DNA of 63,574 bases, filler included, from Octopus bimaculoides (GCF_001194135.2; 6 parts of 5 records of this genome joined end to end with filler, not necessarily neighbours in it); one strand, 5' to 3'. Counted from the first letter of the whole stretch, positions 12,346 through 25,337 are shown. Notes: a model not told the origin generated them from the sequence alone. Numbers and translations are program-made.

Positions 12346-14260
12346 GGGTTGAAAATTAATTTTTAAATAATGTTTAAAATGAATACATATAAAGTATATT
12401 GAAGTTTTAAAATACGTTTGAGGCAAAGAACAACTGTGAAAGAGTATTATTAGAAATATCGATATTTTTGTCTTTTAAATATCCTGAACATTAAACGTGA
12501 ACGAACCACATTTAAAACTCTGGAAATGCTCGACATTCCTTAGAATTTTTCTACCAAAGATAAATTAGATAAACACCACTTTTAAAATCAAACTGATACA
12601 TGCAGTTTGAGTGTTAACCACTATAATCTGTGTTAATTATAATTCATTCGATTACAGAAAGGTTGTTACGATTAAAGAACTGACATACCTTGGAGGACAA
12701 ATGTGCTATTTACATAAGATACGCTTAGTAAGAGAGTTCTAGCAAGGTACGTAACTCTTGATTACGCACGGACCAACGAAATGTTTAATAAGGTCTTGAA
12801 ATATTAACGTTTTTAAGATATTTTCTTCGTGTGTTGATTCAAAGACAGGTCCGAGTTTGATCTGCTTACCTTTGCTATGAGAAGTGACATGAAATAAAGA
12901 TGTTATGGAGATATGCCGCAGATTCGACAAAGCAGGAATTATAACACCCGTTTCAGAAATATTTCCTATAGCTCCTATAATTTCGTTAAAAGACATTAAA
13001 ATGCACAGAACTTTAAGTAAATTAGTGAAAATATATCATTTAAAATTCATTTCTTATTTGTAAAGAAGTTTTTAGGTTTTGCCTAAAAACTGAAATAATG
13101 TGCCCTAAAATTGACAACTGTAACAATCTTCTTGAAATAATAATCATTAATAATTATTCTTTTTTTGTACGGTGAATGTTGAAACGGATAAAGTTAATAA
13201 TTATCATTAAATTTGAAATTATTTATCTGATTTTCAAATGATAGCTACCTCTCTATAAATTGTGCGTGTGGATGTGTAGGAGGAAGTTCGTCTTCCGAAA
13301 CTCAACAATTGGGTGGGGGAAATATTTCATCGAGGCAATAAGATACCTGATTTAACGACCTGCATTTCACTCTGATGTTGAGTGATAAACAACCTGATCA
13401 ATTACTTTATATGCTAACTTTATTGTAACTTTATATATTAATAGAAATATTTCTAATAAGGTAAAATTAAACAACATTAAATACCCAAAGAAACGGGAAA
13501 AACCTAAAAGTGTAATTTTTAAAATCCACTTCTATCAGCTGCTTTTGACTTGAAATATTTTAACTAAATTTGTGATTTAAAATATCGAATGATTCACTCT
13601 TTTTTTTTTTTTCTTTTTTTTTACTGATCTTTCTAAATATAAATTTTGAAAAATAGAAAGAGCTAAGTTACAAAGGGGAACAACCTAGTATAAAGAGTAG
13701 CCTCCCTTAGCTTACTCTTTTCCAGAGTATTTGGTTTTTTGGTATATATGTAATGAGTTATTTTTAAAGGTTGCAGAAGATAACTTTATAGCTGGGAGAA
13801 AATACTGATCCTCAAACCTTGCGATTGACAAGTGATCATCTTAACCATGCGGGCATGACTGCGCCTATCACAGCCACACATGTGTCTGTATATACACACA
13901 AACACCATTTTTGTATCTGGTTTGCAAGATCCTTTATGTGAATTCGTGTGTTGAAACAAATTTTGTTGTCTGGGTGAGTCATATTGCCTTAATATATTTG
14001 AGAAATATTGAAAATATCTTGGAATTTTGATGTCACAAGAAATATTTTATAAATGATTTCTTTTTATTTCACTTCAAAAATTAACAAAACCCAGTTTACA
14101 GTATTGCTTGGACACTCACAATGATAGTTTATTGACTAGAAGGTTGTAAACTTTTCCCATATCGAAGTTCGATAAGCTGAATAAATTTTTATAGTTCACG
14201 GCTAGCAACGAGGGTTGCTATGAATGCAAATAAAAATCCAAATCCAAAGGGACTGGAGCA

Positions 14261-14519
14261 GGTAAAAATCCAGGCTACATATGTTTCCTAGCTAGCAGGT
14301 ACTCAGAAATAATTAATCGAAAAGGGTGCTCTGCTAGTTACTCGTCAGGCCAAAGATACCTTAGTTATATGAAGATTACATTGGGATTCCTTAACAATAA
14401 TATAACCTTCATATAACTAAGGTATCTTCAACCTGACGAGTAGGTAGCGGAGTACCCTCTTTGATTAATTATTTCTGAGTATCTGCTAGCTAGCAAACAT
14501 ATGTAACCTTGATTTTACC
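14261..14519. mobile_element. Fold-back MITE with approximately 114-bp inverted arms
   Basis: Arms 14261-14374 (GGTAAAAATCCAGGCTACATATG...CCTTAGTTATATGAAG) and 14407-14519 are reverse complements with a few mismatches, around a 32-nt spacer. The same terminus, GAGGTAAAAATCCAAGG, recurs near 58029. Confidence 0.8.
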
Positions 14520-14558
14520 TCAATTTGTGGATTTTATAGATATGTATGTATATGTGCG

Positions 14559-14780
14559 TGCGTGGTAAGAAGCTTGCTTCCTAACCACATGGTTCCAGGG
14601 TCAATCTCACTGCGTGGCACTTTGGACAAGTGTCTTCTAAAATAGCCTCGAGTCGGCCAGTCTTGTGTGTGGATTTGGCACACAGAAACTGAAAGAAACC
14701 TTTTGTAGATGTGGTGGGGGGGGGGGTCACCACCTCTTGTCGGTGTGTTTACATCCTCATAACTTAGTGGTTCGGCAAAT
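14559..14780 (+). mobile_element. SINE family A, partial
   Basis: GTGGTAAGAAGCTTGCTTCCTAACCACATGGTTCCAGGG...GAAACTGAAAGAA...TTAGTGGTTCGGCAAA. Confidence 0.8.
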
Positions 14781-15039
14781 ATATAATAAAGGCCACAAAT
14801 ATATAATAGCCAACAACAGTCAAGTGAATCAATAACATAACTACTTAATAACAGAAGAAAAATTAAGAATGTGAAGTCAACAGAATGGAATTTAGTCTCA
14901 GAATGTCACAAGAACAGCAATTTTAAGGGAAGAGAGTAGATTCCATCGACCCCCAACACTTGACTAGTCTTGTATTTTATCGACTGCGAAGGGATGTCTG
15001 GTAAAGTTCAAATCCCACTGAAATCAACTGTAAATAATG

Positions 15040-15262
15040 TAAATAATGGTTTAAAATTTTGGCACAAGGTCAGCAATTTCAGAGGGATGAGTAAGGGGAT
15101 TACATCGACCCCAGTGCTCAACTGGTACTTGTTTTATCGACCCCAAAAGAATGAAAGACAGAGTCGACCTCGGTGGTATTTGAACTCAGAATGTAGAGAC
15201 AGACGAAATACTGCTAAGCATTTTGCCTGGCTTGCTAACGATTCTGCCAGCTCGTCGCCTTC
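15040..15262 (-). mobile_element. tRNA-derived SINE, family B
   Basis: GATTACATCGACCCCAGTGCTCAACTGGTACTT...AGTCGACCTCGG...TTTGAACTCAGAA...GCTAACGATTCTGCCAGCTCGTCGCCTT. Further copies at about 24520-24745 (+), 31925-32015, 42205-42430 (-), 45925-46110 (+), 53625-53815 (+) and 59630-59840 (+). Confidence 0.8.
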
Positions 15263-15394
15263 AGAATGTAAATAATGCATGGCGTTTTCTCCACTACTTC
15301 ACCCATCCACCATAACAATACTCTACTACCTGCATAACATTTTTTTTTTTTCTTATACGAAGTTAAACTCAATTCGCAAGAGTAAGGGGATATA

Positions 15395-15762
15395 CACAAA
15401 TTGACACTAGGGTATTTTCAGAACTTATATCTTGCTGGAAAGGGTAGAGACCCACTTCGGTCATGAATGACCATAGGATTGCACCTAGAAAGTAACCCTT
15501 CAAGGTATTAGTCTGGGAACGGTTGTTTATGGAAGACCAGCAGTCGCCCATGCATACCAGCCTCCTGTCTCCACGCCACTAATGTTATCCAAGGGGAAGG
15601 CAAAGGCCAATACAGCGTCGTAACTCATTTCTGCAGCTGAGTGAACTGGAGCAACGGGAAATAAAGTGTCTTGCTCAAGAACACAACACACAGGCCGGTT
15701 CAGGAATCGAACTACCTCATGATTGTGAGTCCAATGCTCTAACCACTGAGCCATGTGCCTTC
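15395..15762 (-). mobile_element. tRNA-derived SINE, family C, with RTE-related middle/3' part
   Basis: Minus-strand head TGGCTCAGTGGTTAGAGCATTGGACTCACAATCATGAGGTAGTTCGATTCC, then TTCTTGAGCAAGACACTTTAT. A second, decayed copy lies at about 45610-45905. Confidence 0.75.
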
Positions 15763-16029
15763 GCACTGAATACTGTACAGAATTTGATTTGGTAGTTTAC
15801 CATTTTTAGGACAATGGTATCGTCGACATAGTTTTCCGGTCGCATTTCCCTATTGGTAAGAATAGGACAGGTGTGTTCCTATACAACATCTCGTCACAGT
15901 CCGTCGTTATCTGATACACAGGATAGAATTTTAAAAAATAAAAAACAATATCGTGTATATACCAAGTCTGAGGAGAGAGGTAGGTGTTTTTGTTTTATTT
16001 TTCCGTTTTTATGCTAAGGATACTCTTTG

Positions 16030-16473
16030 TGTTATCAACTACTTATAAATATAGATGGAGGTTTATTGTCCCACCAGTGCAATTTAAGTTGTCTCCCGTT
16101 CACCTTGTACGACTTTTTATTGACAGTTAACTTCCTTCCAAGACAAGTTGCTTTTGTTGAATCCTGCTCAAGGCATATCGTTTCCTTTTCTACATGTGGT
16201 GTGATGGAGGGAAAAAGACAACAAGAAGCAAAAGGACAGAATGAAACGTTGGACCTTACCTTGTCGACCGCAGCGGAGTACAAGATCGCTCCTGATCAGA
16301 ACACGTCTTTCTCGTAACCTCTCTGTTTTCTGAGTGACTCCACGTGCTAGCCTTCGACCGCGTGTCGCCGACTTCCGATCTGACCCTTCCGGTCTGGCCC
16401 TTCCGGTCTGGCTTCACCTCTGTTTGCCTCACCTCTCTCCACCACAACACACAGCTCATCACAGCCCATAACA
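16030..16473 (-). mobile_element. Possible solo LTR; alternatively a CpG-rich first exon
   Basis: TGTTAT...ATAACA inverted termini, CpG-rich interior, tandem CCGGAAG motifs, a donor AAG|GTAAGG at about 16260 and AATAAA signals near the minus-strand 3' end. No target-site duplication was found. Confidence 0.35.
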
Positions 16474-16546
16474 CCACACGCCCCCCTGATCTATAGATCA
16501 TTNNNNNNNNNNNNNNNNNNNNNNNNNNNNNNNNNNNNNNNNNNNN

Positions 16547-16558
16547 TTAATTAATTAA
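16547..16558. other. Artificial scaffold linker TTAATTAATTAA inside an N run (also 27580-27591, 39285-39296, 49230-49241, 61192-61203)
   Basis: Identical 12-mer flanked by about 44 N on each side at five places. It gives stop codons in all six frames. Confidence 0.95.
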
Positions 16559-16602
16559 NNNNNNNNNNNNNNNNNNNNNNNNNNNNNNNNNNNNNNNNNN
16601 NN

Positions 16603-16661
<59 letters not shown>

Positions 16662-16922
16662 GATGCATGTGCATATATATATATATACAAACATATGTAT
16701 ATATATATATGTGTGTGTGTGTGTGTATTTACGATGGGCTTCTTTCAGTTCCCGTCTACCAGATCCACTCACAAGGCTTTGGTCATCCCGAGGTTATAGT
16801 AAATGACACATACCACGCAGTGGGACTGAACCTGCAGGCAGGTAGTTGGGAAGCAATCTTCTTACCACAGTCACAATATTTGTATATACATACGTATGTG
16901 CATGTATTATATTTATGCACAC

Positions 16923-17003
<81 letters not shown>
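16923..17003. repeat. (GATA)n microsatellite, representative of many SSRs
   Basis: About 20 units. Other runs include (AT)n 10419-10448, (GA)n about 21587-21638, (TATG)n about 27646-27691, (GATA)n about 30673-30728, (CT)n/(ATCT)n/(AT)n about 50733-50870, (GAT/GGT)n about 44620-44775 and (CA)n about 58096-58180. Most N gaps are flanked by SSRs. Confidence 0.95.
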
Positions 17004-17005
<2 letters not shown>

Positions 17006-18023
17006 TTCATACATATGTTCAGACACTTATTGTTCCAATACAAAGTATACAAAAGAATGAAACAAAGAAAGATGAAGATTAAAAAAAAAAGGAAAAAGAA
17101 AGAAGGAAAGAAAGAAATAGATAAAGGTAGAAATAAAATCGACAAAGAAAGAATGATGAAATTATGAAATGGTTCGAAGAAACTGCAGAGATAGAGAAAC
17201 GGACGGTGAATGTATTGTGAGTGATTTGTTGGAAGACATCAGATGAAGTTATCGCCAGGTTATTTATTTATTTTTTTGTTACTTATTTCTCAATATTTAA
17301 CTCTTAATTCTGTCTGCTTGAACAGTGTTCTGATGTGATTTCTTCACAGCAACTTATGAAATGTGAATGTTCTAGATGCTGGATGAAATAAGCGGAAGAT
17401 TGTTAACTGATGATAACAGTTGATGCAAAATAATATGTGTGCATAAATACACACACACACACACACACACACACATGCCATACACGCACACTCACACATA
17501 TCTATATAATGTATATAGGAGCAAAGGCCAATTGTTATAAACGTGTCCAGTTAGGTATTATTTTGACATTACACACACTGGAATGCGTGCGCGCGCGCGC
17601 ACACACACACACACTCACACACACACGCACATACACAGATACACAGTCACACACATACATATACATATACTGTAAAGAAATTTACATGAACAATATAAGT
17701 GTAGAATAAACTACATATATTGACATAGTGATTGTATATATTAACGCATCAGTAGTTTCTTATCTCACTAAAACCTCATACAATCTTCAGACTATGGAAG
17801 TCTAACACATTCCACAAACGGAATGCAAAATGTATATGAAGTTGGCCGAATATATATTAAACTTCCGATCACGGGTATTGTATGAAAAGTATTTTGAGGC
17901 GTACAGCTATTTAAGAACCTTCATGGTAGAGAAAGGGCATGTTTGCTTTTGAATTTCATTGACCAAGTCATTTATGTGCTTTAGAAAACAATTCGAAAGA
18001 AGGCTCAGTAAAGTACAGAAAGG

Positions 18024-18340
18024 ACTGACCAAAGCCTTGTGAGTGTATATGGTAGACGGAAACTGAAAGAAGCCCACTGTATATATGAAAATGTGTGTGC
18101 GTGTGCATGCGTATGTTTTTATGTGTCTTTGTGCCTATATTTGTATATGTCCACCTACCAATTGACAGCCAGTGCTGCTGTGTTTATGTCCTCGTAACTT
18201 AGCGGTTCGGCAAAACAAAGTGATAGAATAAGTACCAGGCTTTAAGAAAAATTAGTACTGGGGTCGATACATTCGACTAAAAATTCTTCAAGGCGGTGCC
18301 CCAGCATGGCGACAACCTAATGAGTGAAACAAGTAAAATA
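18024..18340 (+). mobile_element. SINE family A, 5'-truncated
   Basis: CCAAAGCCTTGTGAG...GACGGAAACTGAAAGAAGCCC...CTTAGCGGTTCGGCAAAA...GGCGGTGCCCCAGCATGGC...GAAACAAGTAAAA. Confidence 0.85.
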
Positions 18341-18674
18341 TACAAGAGAGATCGAAGGTCACATGATTTGCATAGGAATAGGAGAATGTATTGGTTCCAG
18401 TTTTTCGTTGGAACCAGGACTATGAAAAGCAAGACTGATATGGGTGCGATTCGAACTCTGAACGCAATATAAGGCAACAGAATGTATTGCATGGCCTTTT
18501 GAATGTATTGCATGGCGGTGCAGCCAGGCCACAATATAGATATACAAGAGCAACATATTAACACCTAAACGTATTTCCACTATCATCATCATCATCATCA
18601 TCATCGTCGTCGTCGTCGTCGTCGTCACCATCGTCGTCGTCATCATCGTTTTTCTTTCTTTCTTTCTTTCTATG

Positions 18675-18710
<36 letters not shown>

Positions 18711-19043
18711 NNNNNNNNNNNNNNNNNNNNNNNNNNNNNNNNNNNNNNNNNNNNNNNNNNNNNNNNNNNNNNNNNNNNNNNNNNNNNNNNNNNNNNNNNN
18801 NNNNNNNNNNNNNNNNNNNNNNNNNNNNNNNNNNNNNNNNNNNNNNNNNNNNNNNNNNNNNNNNNNNNNNNNNNNNNNNNNNNNNNNNNNNNNNNNNNNN
18901 NNNNNNNNNNNNNNNNNNNNNNNNNNNNNNNNNNNNNNNNNNNNNNNNNNNNNNNNNNNNNNNNNNNNNNNNNNNNNNNNNNNNNNNNNNNNNNNNNNNN
19001 NNNNNNNNNNNNNNNNNNNNNNNNNNNNNNNNNNNNNNNNNNN

Positions 19044-19088
<45 letters not shown>

Positions 19089-20223
19089 GTGTGTGTGTAT
19101 GTGTGTGTGTGTAACATCTCCTCGAAACCTATTTAAGCTATCGCAGCTGATCGTTCACCCATATTAAGCAAGGCCACATGAGGTTTCCTACGTTCGTTAA
19201 ATCACTGAACATACGACATTGTACAGCTAGACTAATTGATCCAGAAATCTTCTTTTCGGCTAATAAATTTAACTACAATCTACTTGCGCTTCTGTTAAAT
19301 TGTAATCGCCTGCAAATTTTCACATTCTATCCACATAAGTAGTTAGGGTTAATTTACAGCAGAGCAATGAAATAATCCCACTCATCCACCCGCCCATTCT
19401 TCTCTTTCCTCCTTTGCTTTCTCATTATATGTGAGTGTAGTAATTATATCTATGCAACGTTTTTGTGTGTACACGCGCACGCACACACACACACACACAC
19501 ACACCACATGCACAACATATATATGTATACATATATATACATATATATACATATATATNNNNNNNNNNNNNNNNNNNNNNNNNNNNNNNNNNNNNNNNNN
19601 NNNNNNNNNNNNNNNNNNNNNNNNNNNNNNNNNNNNNNNNNNNNNNNNNNNNNNNNNNNNNNNNNNNNNNNNNNNNNNNNNNNNNNNNNNNNNNNNNNNN
19701 NNNNNNNNNNNNNNNNNNNNNNNNNNNNNNNNNNNNNNNNNNNNNNNNNNNNNNNNNNNNNNNNNNNNNNNNNNNNNNNNNNNNNNNNNNNNNNNNNNNN
19801 NNNNNNNNNNNNNNNNNNNNNNNNNNNNNNNNNNNNNNNNNNNNNNNNNNNNNNNNNNNNNNNNNNNNNNNNNNNNNNNNNNNNNNNNNNNNNNNNNNNN
19901 NNNNNNNNNNNNNNNNNNNNNNNNNNNNNNNNNNNNNNNNNNNNNNNNNNNNNNNNNNNNNNNNNNNNNNNNNNNNNNNNNNNNNNNNNNNNNNNNNNNN
20001 NNNNNNNNNNNNNNNNNNNNNNNNNNNNNNNNNNNNNNNNNNNNNNNNNNNNNNNNNNNNNNNNNNNNNNNNNNNNNNNNNNNNNNNNNNNNNNNNNNNN
20101 NNNNNNNNNNNNNNNNNNNNNNNNNNNNNNNNNNNNNNNNNNNNNNNNNNNNNNNNNNNNNNNNNNNNNNNNNNNNNNNNNNNNNNNNNNNNNNNNNNNN
20201 NNNNNNNNNNNNNNNNNNNNNNN

Positions 20224-20274
<51 letters not shown>

Positions 20275-20282
20275 GATAGATT

Positions 20283-20313
<31 letters not shown>

Positions 20314-20852
20314 GTACATCACATTATCTCACACATATGTCGGTATGCGTGTGTATTTGTGTGTGTCTCTGTGTGTCTTTCTGTCTGTTTCCATTCAGTA
20401 TATTACATCATGTGAGACTCTACTCTTTTTCTATTTACTATGCACAACGCACCGCTGCACAATTTTCCTTCGGCTTCATCATTACATACACACATTCGCG
20501 CGCACACACACATATCTGTGTGTGAGTGAGAAAGAAAGAAAGATAGGGGGAGAGAGACAGAAAGAGTTTTATATTCATACAGTTATATGTTTGGTGAGTA
20601 GATGGTACTAGAATCGTCGGAGCTTCGGTTTAAAAAGACCCTTTTGGTACTTGGGTACTTCTCCTCAAGTTCTTAGTTAAAATCCAGTTTTGCTCTTCCA
20701 CATTTTTTTCTTCCGAAGTCAAATGACATAAGTTCTGGCCGGACGTAACCTTCTACACCCCACCAGCCACATGACTGAAATGGTTTAATACGCACGTGCA
20801 TGTGTGTGTGTAAATATGTTTTGTGCTTGTGCATATGTGTATATCTATCTAT

Positions 20853-20896
<44 letters not shown>

Positions 20897-21235
20897 NNNN
20901 NNNNNNNNNNNNNNNNNNNATATATAAGAATATATATGTGTGTATCTCTCTCTCTCTATATATATATATATATCATTGTTATATATTCCTTAAGGCACAG
21001 GGAAATTGACAAAGGAACTCCAAGACTGACAACTCAGCCAAATATTTTCATTGTATATTTATCATTATTCAATCCACCATAACTATATGCAACCCAGACA
21101 TTGGAGACCGACAACCTTCCCGTTTTTATTTTATTCTTACTTGAACCAACCAGGTTAATCTGCCATACGATGATGCCCACGTGTATCAGTAATAAGTGCC
21201 TAGCTCCCTCTCTCTCCCTCTCTCTATCTATCTCT

Positions 21236-21281
<46 letters not shown>

Positions 21282-21345
21282 TCTCTATCTATCTCCTCCA
21301 TCTTCCCATCTTCCTGTAAGACATGGTTCAACAGCTTCCACTTAC

Positions 21346-21394
21346 CTTCTTCTGTGCACTTCAGCGCCATGTTCACGTGTTTTATGTGTAAAAT
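21346..21394 (-). other. Candidate 49-nt internal exon
   Basis: Acceptor TTGCAG| with a weak pyrimidine tract; perfect donor AAG|GTAAGTG. Confidence 0.3.
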
Positions 21395-21582
21395 CTGCAA
21401 CCAGCTGCTCAAATTGCAATATCCGAATAGAGAGTTGTCTTGCAGAGAGTAATCTAGTATACTTACTGTGTTGTTTTATGTCACTGTGACACCTCGAACG
21501 AAAATATTAAATACATGTACGAGTATGTGCCTCTGTGTGTGTGGCAGAGAGCAAGAAAGAGAGAAAAAGTTAGTGAGAGAGT

Positions 21583-21648
<66 letters not shown>

Positions 21649-22867
21649 AAGAGGGAGAGGGAGGAAGAGAGAGGTAGAAAGAAAGAGGGAGAAAATCAGT
21701 GTGTACACACTGTCCCGCTGAATCTGTCTCAGAAATGCATCATTTATACACATTCTGTCAAAATGCTGTTTTAAATTTACGGATAAATATCTAGAAAGAT
21801 GTGCTTTTGTTTTCTAATTTTCTAGGGCTTCCTGAAAAAATCTGACCCGCGTGACAGAAATTGATCCCTTCAATATTTCAGCAATGAGATTCGATCTCTC
21901 TTACCAATCAGCTAGTCTGACAAAAATGTTAAATACCAATAACGAATATTCTCATGCCTTCTTCATAATTTTTTTCTTTTCCTTTTCTGTTTTCTCTTTA
22001 TTAAATGTGAAACCAGAAGGAATGAAAGAAGCCTAAACAAGCATATCTGTCGTTGAAGACAAGTTGATGACTGTGTCTTCGGCAAAGCTAGGGTAGACAA
22101 CTGAAAGAGAGCAAGGAGGAAAGAAAACGAAAGAACGGTCAGATGATAATGGGAAGATATAGGATTAGTGAAGTAATTTTTATTGTGGAGTTGGTAGANN
22201 NNNNNNNNNNNNNNNNNNNNNNNNNNNNNNNNNNNNNNNNNNNNNNNNNNNNNNNNNNNNNNNNNNNNNNNNNNNNNNNNNNNNNNNNNNNNNNNNNNNN
22301 NNNNNNNNNNNNNNNNNNNNNNNNNNNNNNNNNNNNNNNNNNNNNNNNNNNNNNNNNNNNNNNNNNNNNNNNNNNNNNNNNNNNNNNNNNNNNNNNNNNN
22401 NNNNNNNNNNNNNNNNNNNNNNNNNNNNNNNNNNNNNNNNNNNNNNNNNNNNNNNNNNNNNNNNNNNNNNNNNNNNNNNNNNNNNNNNNNNNNNNNNNNN
22501 NNNNNNNNNNNNNNNNNNNNNNNNNNNNNNNNNNNNNNNNNNNNNNNNNNNNNNNNNNNNNNNNNNNNNNNNNNNNNNNNNNNNNNNNNNNNNNNNNNNN
22601 NNNNNNNNNNNNNNNNNNNNNNNNNNNNNNNNNNNNNNNNNNNNNNNNNNNNNNNNNNNNNNNNNNNNNNNNNNNNNNNNNNNNNNNNNNNNNNNNNNNN
22701 NNNNNNNNNNNNNNNNNNNNNNNNNNNNNNNNNNNNNNNNNNNNNNNNNNNNNNNNNNNNNNNNNNNNNNNNNNNNNNNNNNNNNNNNNNNNNNNNNNNN
22801 NNNNNNNNNNNNNNNNNNNNNNNNNNNNNNNNNNNNNNNNNNNNNNNNNNNNNNNNNNNNNNNNNNG

Positions 22868-22970
22868 TACCAGTTACGCACTGGGGTCGATGTAACCGAC
22901 TTAATCCCTTTGTCTGTCCTTGTTTGTCCCCTCTATGTTTAGCCCCTTGTGGGCAATAAAGAAATAAGAA
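22868..22970 (+). mobile_element. 3' end of a family-B-related SINE with a Tx1-like tail
   Basis: GTACCAGTTACGCACTGGGGTCGATGTAACCGACT is followed by CCCTTTGTCTGTCCTTG...TTAGCCCCTTGTGGGCAATAAAGAAATAAGAAA. Confidence 0.65.
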
Positions 22971-23908
22971 ACTGTGTAGAAGTCAACCGTATATGCATAT
23001 GTTTTTGTGTGTGTATTGAGTGTGTGTGTGTGGGGGGGGGCAAGTGTGCGCGTGTGTGTATAATCAACTGTGCTCTTGAAAGCGGCCCTCTATCGGCATC
23101 ACAGTCCAGTGACGGAAATGAGTAAAATAATAAAGGAATAAAGGAATACTGTGAAACATAACACAGTTCTTAAGTAGCTGAATCGTTAGTAAATTTAAGG
23201 AGAACGATTTTCAAACTGTTTTCTGTTAGAACATCTCCAGCAATGAAGATGCTGCATGAATAGGCACTTACTTGTTTACTGAACGCACAGAAGAGAGCGA
23301 GCTTAGTTAAGCGCAATATATGCAAAATTAATAACAATAATCCTAATTTCCCATAGGTAGCTAGAAAGGCTGGCATCTTGTCATAACGAATATATGAACA
23401 GGAAAATAGTAATTTAGATAACCAGATTTCGTTCATTCCCATAAGCACTGCATTGTTTGTGGTCAATAAACATAGCAGTTAGCAATCCAGTTTACCAAAC
23501 TGCAAGTTTCACATCGATGTATGCACTGGATTTATTGTAAAACTGACGAATAATTCATTATATTGTAGTGTCGTGTCCTCTGGCGTCTTGTCCATGGGGT
23601 AGTTTGTCATTTATCCACTTCATAATACAAAATCTAGAGATAAGCACTGATGCGTTGGATCGCGAAGTTCCGTTAAGAGACAGAGAGAGAGAAAATGGAA
23701 TATTCTGTCATTGTGATCTGACTATTTAGATAGCAATGACGAGCATGACAAAGGTAATTCTTTTTAGTTAACTCTATTCTCATGTAGAATTACATTATCC
23801 AATGTATATTTCCTTTTGGTAAGATATTAATGCGTTACATGAACAAGATTTAGCTGCTATTTCGAGCAAACTGATCCTACCGTTAATAAGGCAACTACTT
23901 TAACAATC

Positions 23909-24410
23909 GTGGAGGCGCAATGGCCCAGTGGTTAGGGCAGCGGACTCGCGGTCATAGGATCGTGGTTTCGATTCCCAGACCGGGCGTTGTGAGTGTTTAT
24001 TGAGCGAAAACACCTAAAGCTCCACGAGGTTCCGGCAGCGGGTCGTGGCGAACCCTGCTGTACTCCTTCACCACAACTTTCATTCACTCTTACTTCCTGT
24101 TTCTGTTGCGCCTGTAATTCAAAGGGTCAGCCTTGTCACACTGTGTCACGCTAAATATCCCCGAGAACTATGTTNNNNNNNNNNNNNNNNNNNNNNNNNN
24201 NNNNNNNNNNNNNNNNNNNNNNNNNNNNNNNNNNNNNNNNNNNNNNNNNNNNNNNNNNNNNNNNNNNNNNNNAACTATGTTAAGGGTACGCGTGTCTGTG
24301 GAGTGCTCAGCCACTTGCACGTTAATTTCACGAGCAGGCTGTTCCGTTGATCGGATCAACTGGAACCCTCGACGTCGTAAGCGACGGAGTGCCAACAACA
24401 ACAACAACAA
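23909..24410 (+). mobile_element. Young tRNA-derived SINE, family D, with (AAC)n tail
   Basis: Head GGAGGCGCAATGGCCCAGTGGTTAGGGCAGCGGACTCGCGG...GGTTTCGATTCCCAGACCGGGCG carries A and B boxes. Ends GACGGAGTGCCAACAACAACAAC. Interrupted by a false gap. Confidence 0.85.
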
Positions 24411-25291
24411 CTTTAACGATCACCTGCTCCTCTGACTTTGCTGGGCATTACCGATGCTGAGATAGTTGCTTATAGTGTTGGTAGTATTACTGATAATATT
24501 TTAAGAGTTAATAAGGCGGCGAGATGGCAGAATCGTTTGCACGCCGGACAAAATGCTTGGTGGTATTTCGTCCGTTTTTACTTTTTGAATTCAAATTCTG
24601 CCGAGGTCGACTCTGCCTTTCCTCCTTTCGGGGTCGATAAATTAAGTACCAGTTGAATACTGGAGTTAATGTAATCGACTTACCCGTTTCCCTGAAATTG
24701 AAGGCCTTGTGCCAAAATTTGAAATCAATATTATAGGTGTTAATGATGAGTCTATGTACATGGCAAAAGAAGAGGAAAAACCTGTAGCACTTATTAAAAT
24801 TGAACTTCTCACAATTTCATTCGTATGTAAAAAGAAAGGAATTAGTAAGGGTTTATGGGATTGTCAAATTCCTCGTGGCAAAAGGAGATTTATCTTAGAT
24901 TTTTCTGCCTTTCTTTGTTTTCATTATATTTATTGTATATTTATTTATCATTTGCTGTGCAAAAGCGCGGAAGTTCATGGGCGGTGTTGGGAAATTGTTA
25001 TCATTCAACTGTTTGACATATTCAATGACAAAAGAAAAGCCGAACTTGCTGCTATACCGGAGGCCCGCTTGGTTCCGTTACTGATTCTGTTCAATGCTAG
25101 TCAGTCTACTAACTTCCTCTCTTCCGCTTTCTCTCCATCCCCCCCCTCTCTCTCTCTCTGACTTTCGATGTTTTCTCTCCCTCCCCGTATATCTGCGTGT
25201 GTGTGTATGTATGTATGCATACAGCCTTACATGCTTACACATACACATACACATAAATATATATGTATGCATATATATGTGTGTGTATGTG

Positions 25292-25337
<46 letters not shown>

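Noticed and set aside
12739-12996. 85-aa minus-strand ORF with an internal donor near 12871
   Set aside because: No recognisable homology and no downstream coding partner before MRPS33; at most a UTR exon candidate.
23909-23985. SINE heads (also about 15690-15762 and 43081-43190) as tRNA genes
   Set aside because: A and B boxes are present, but there is no complete acceptor stem or terminator, and they continue into SINE bodies.
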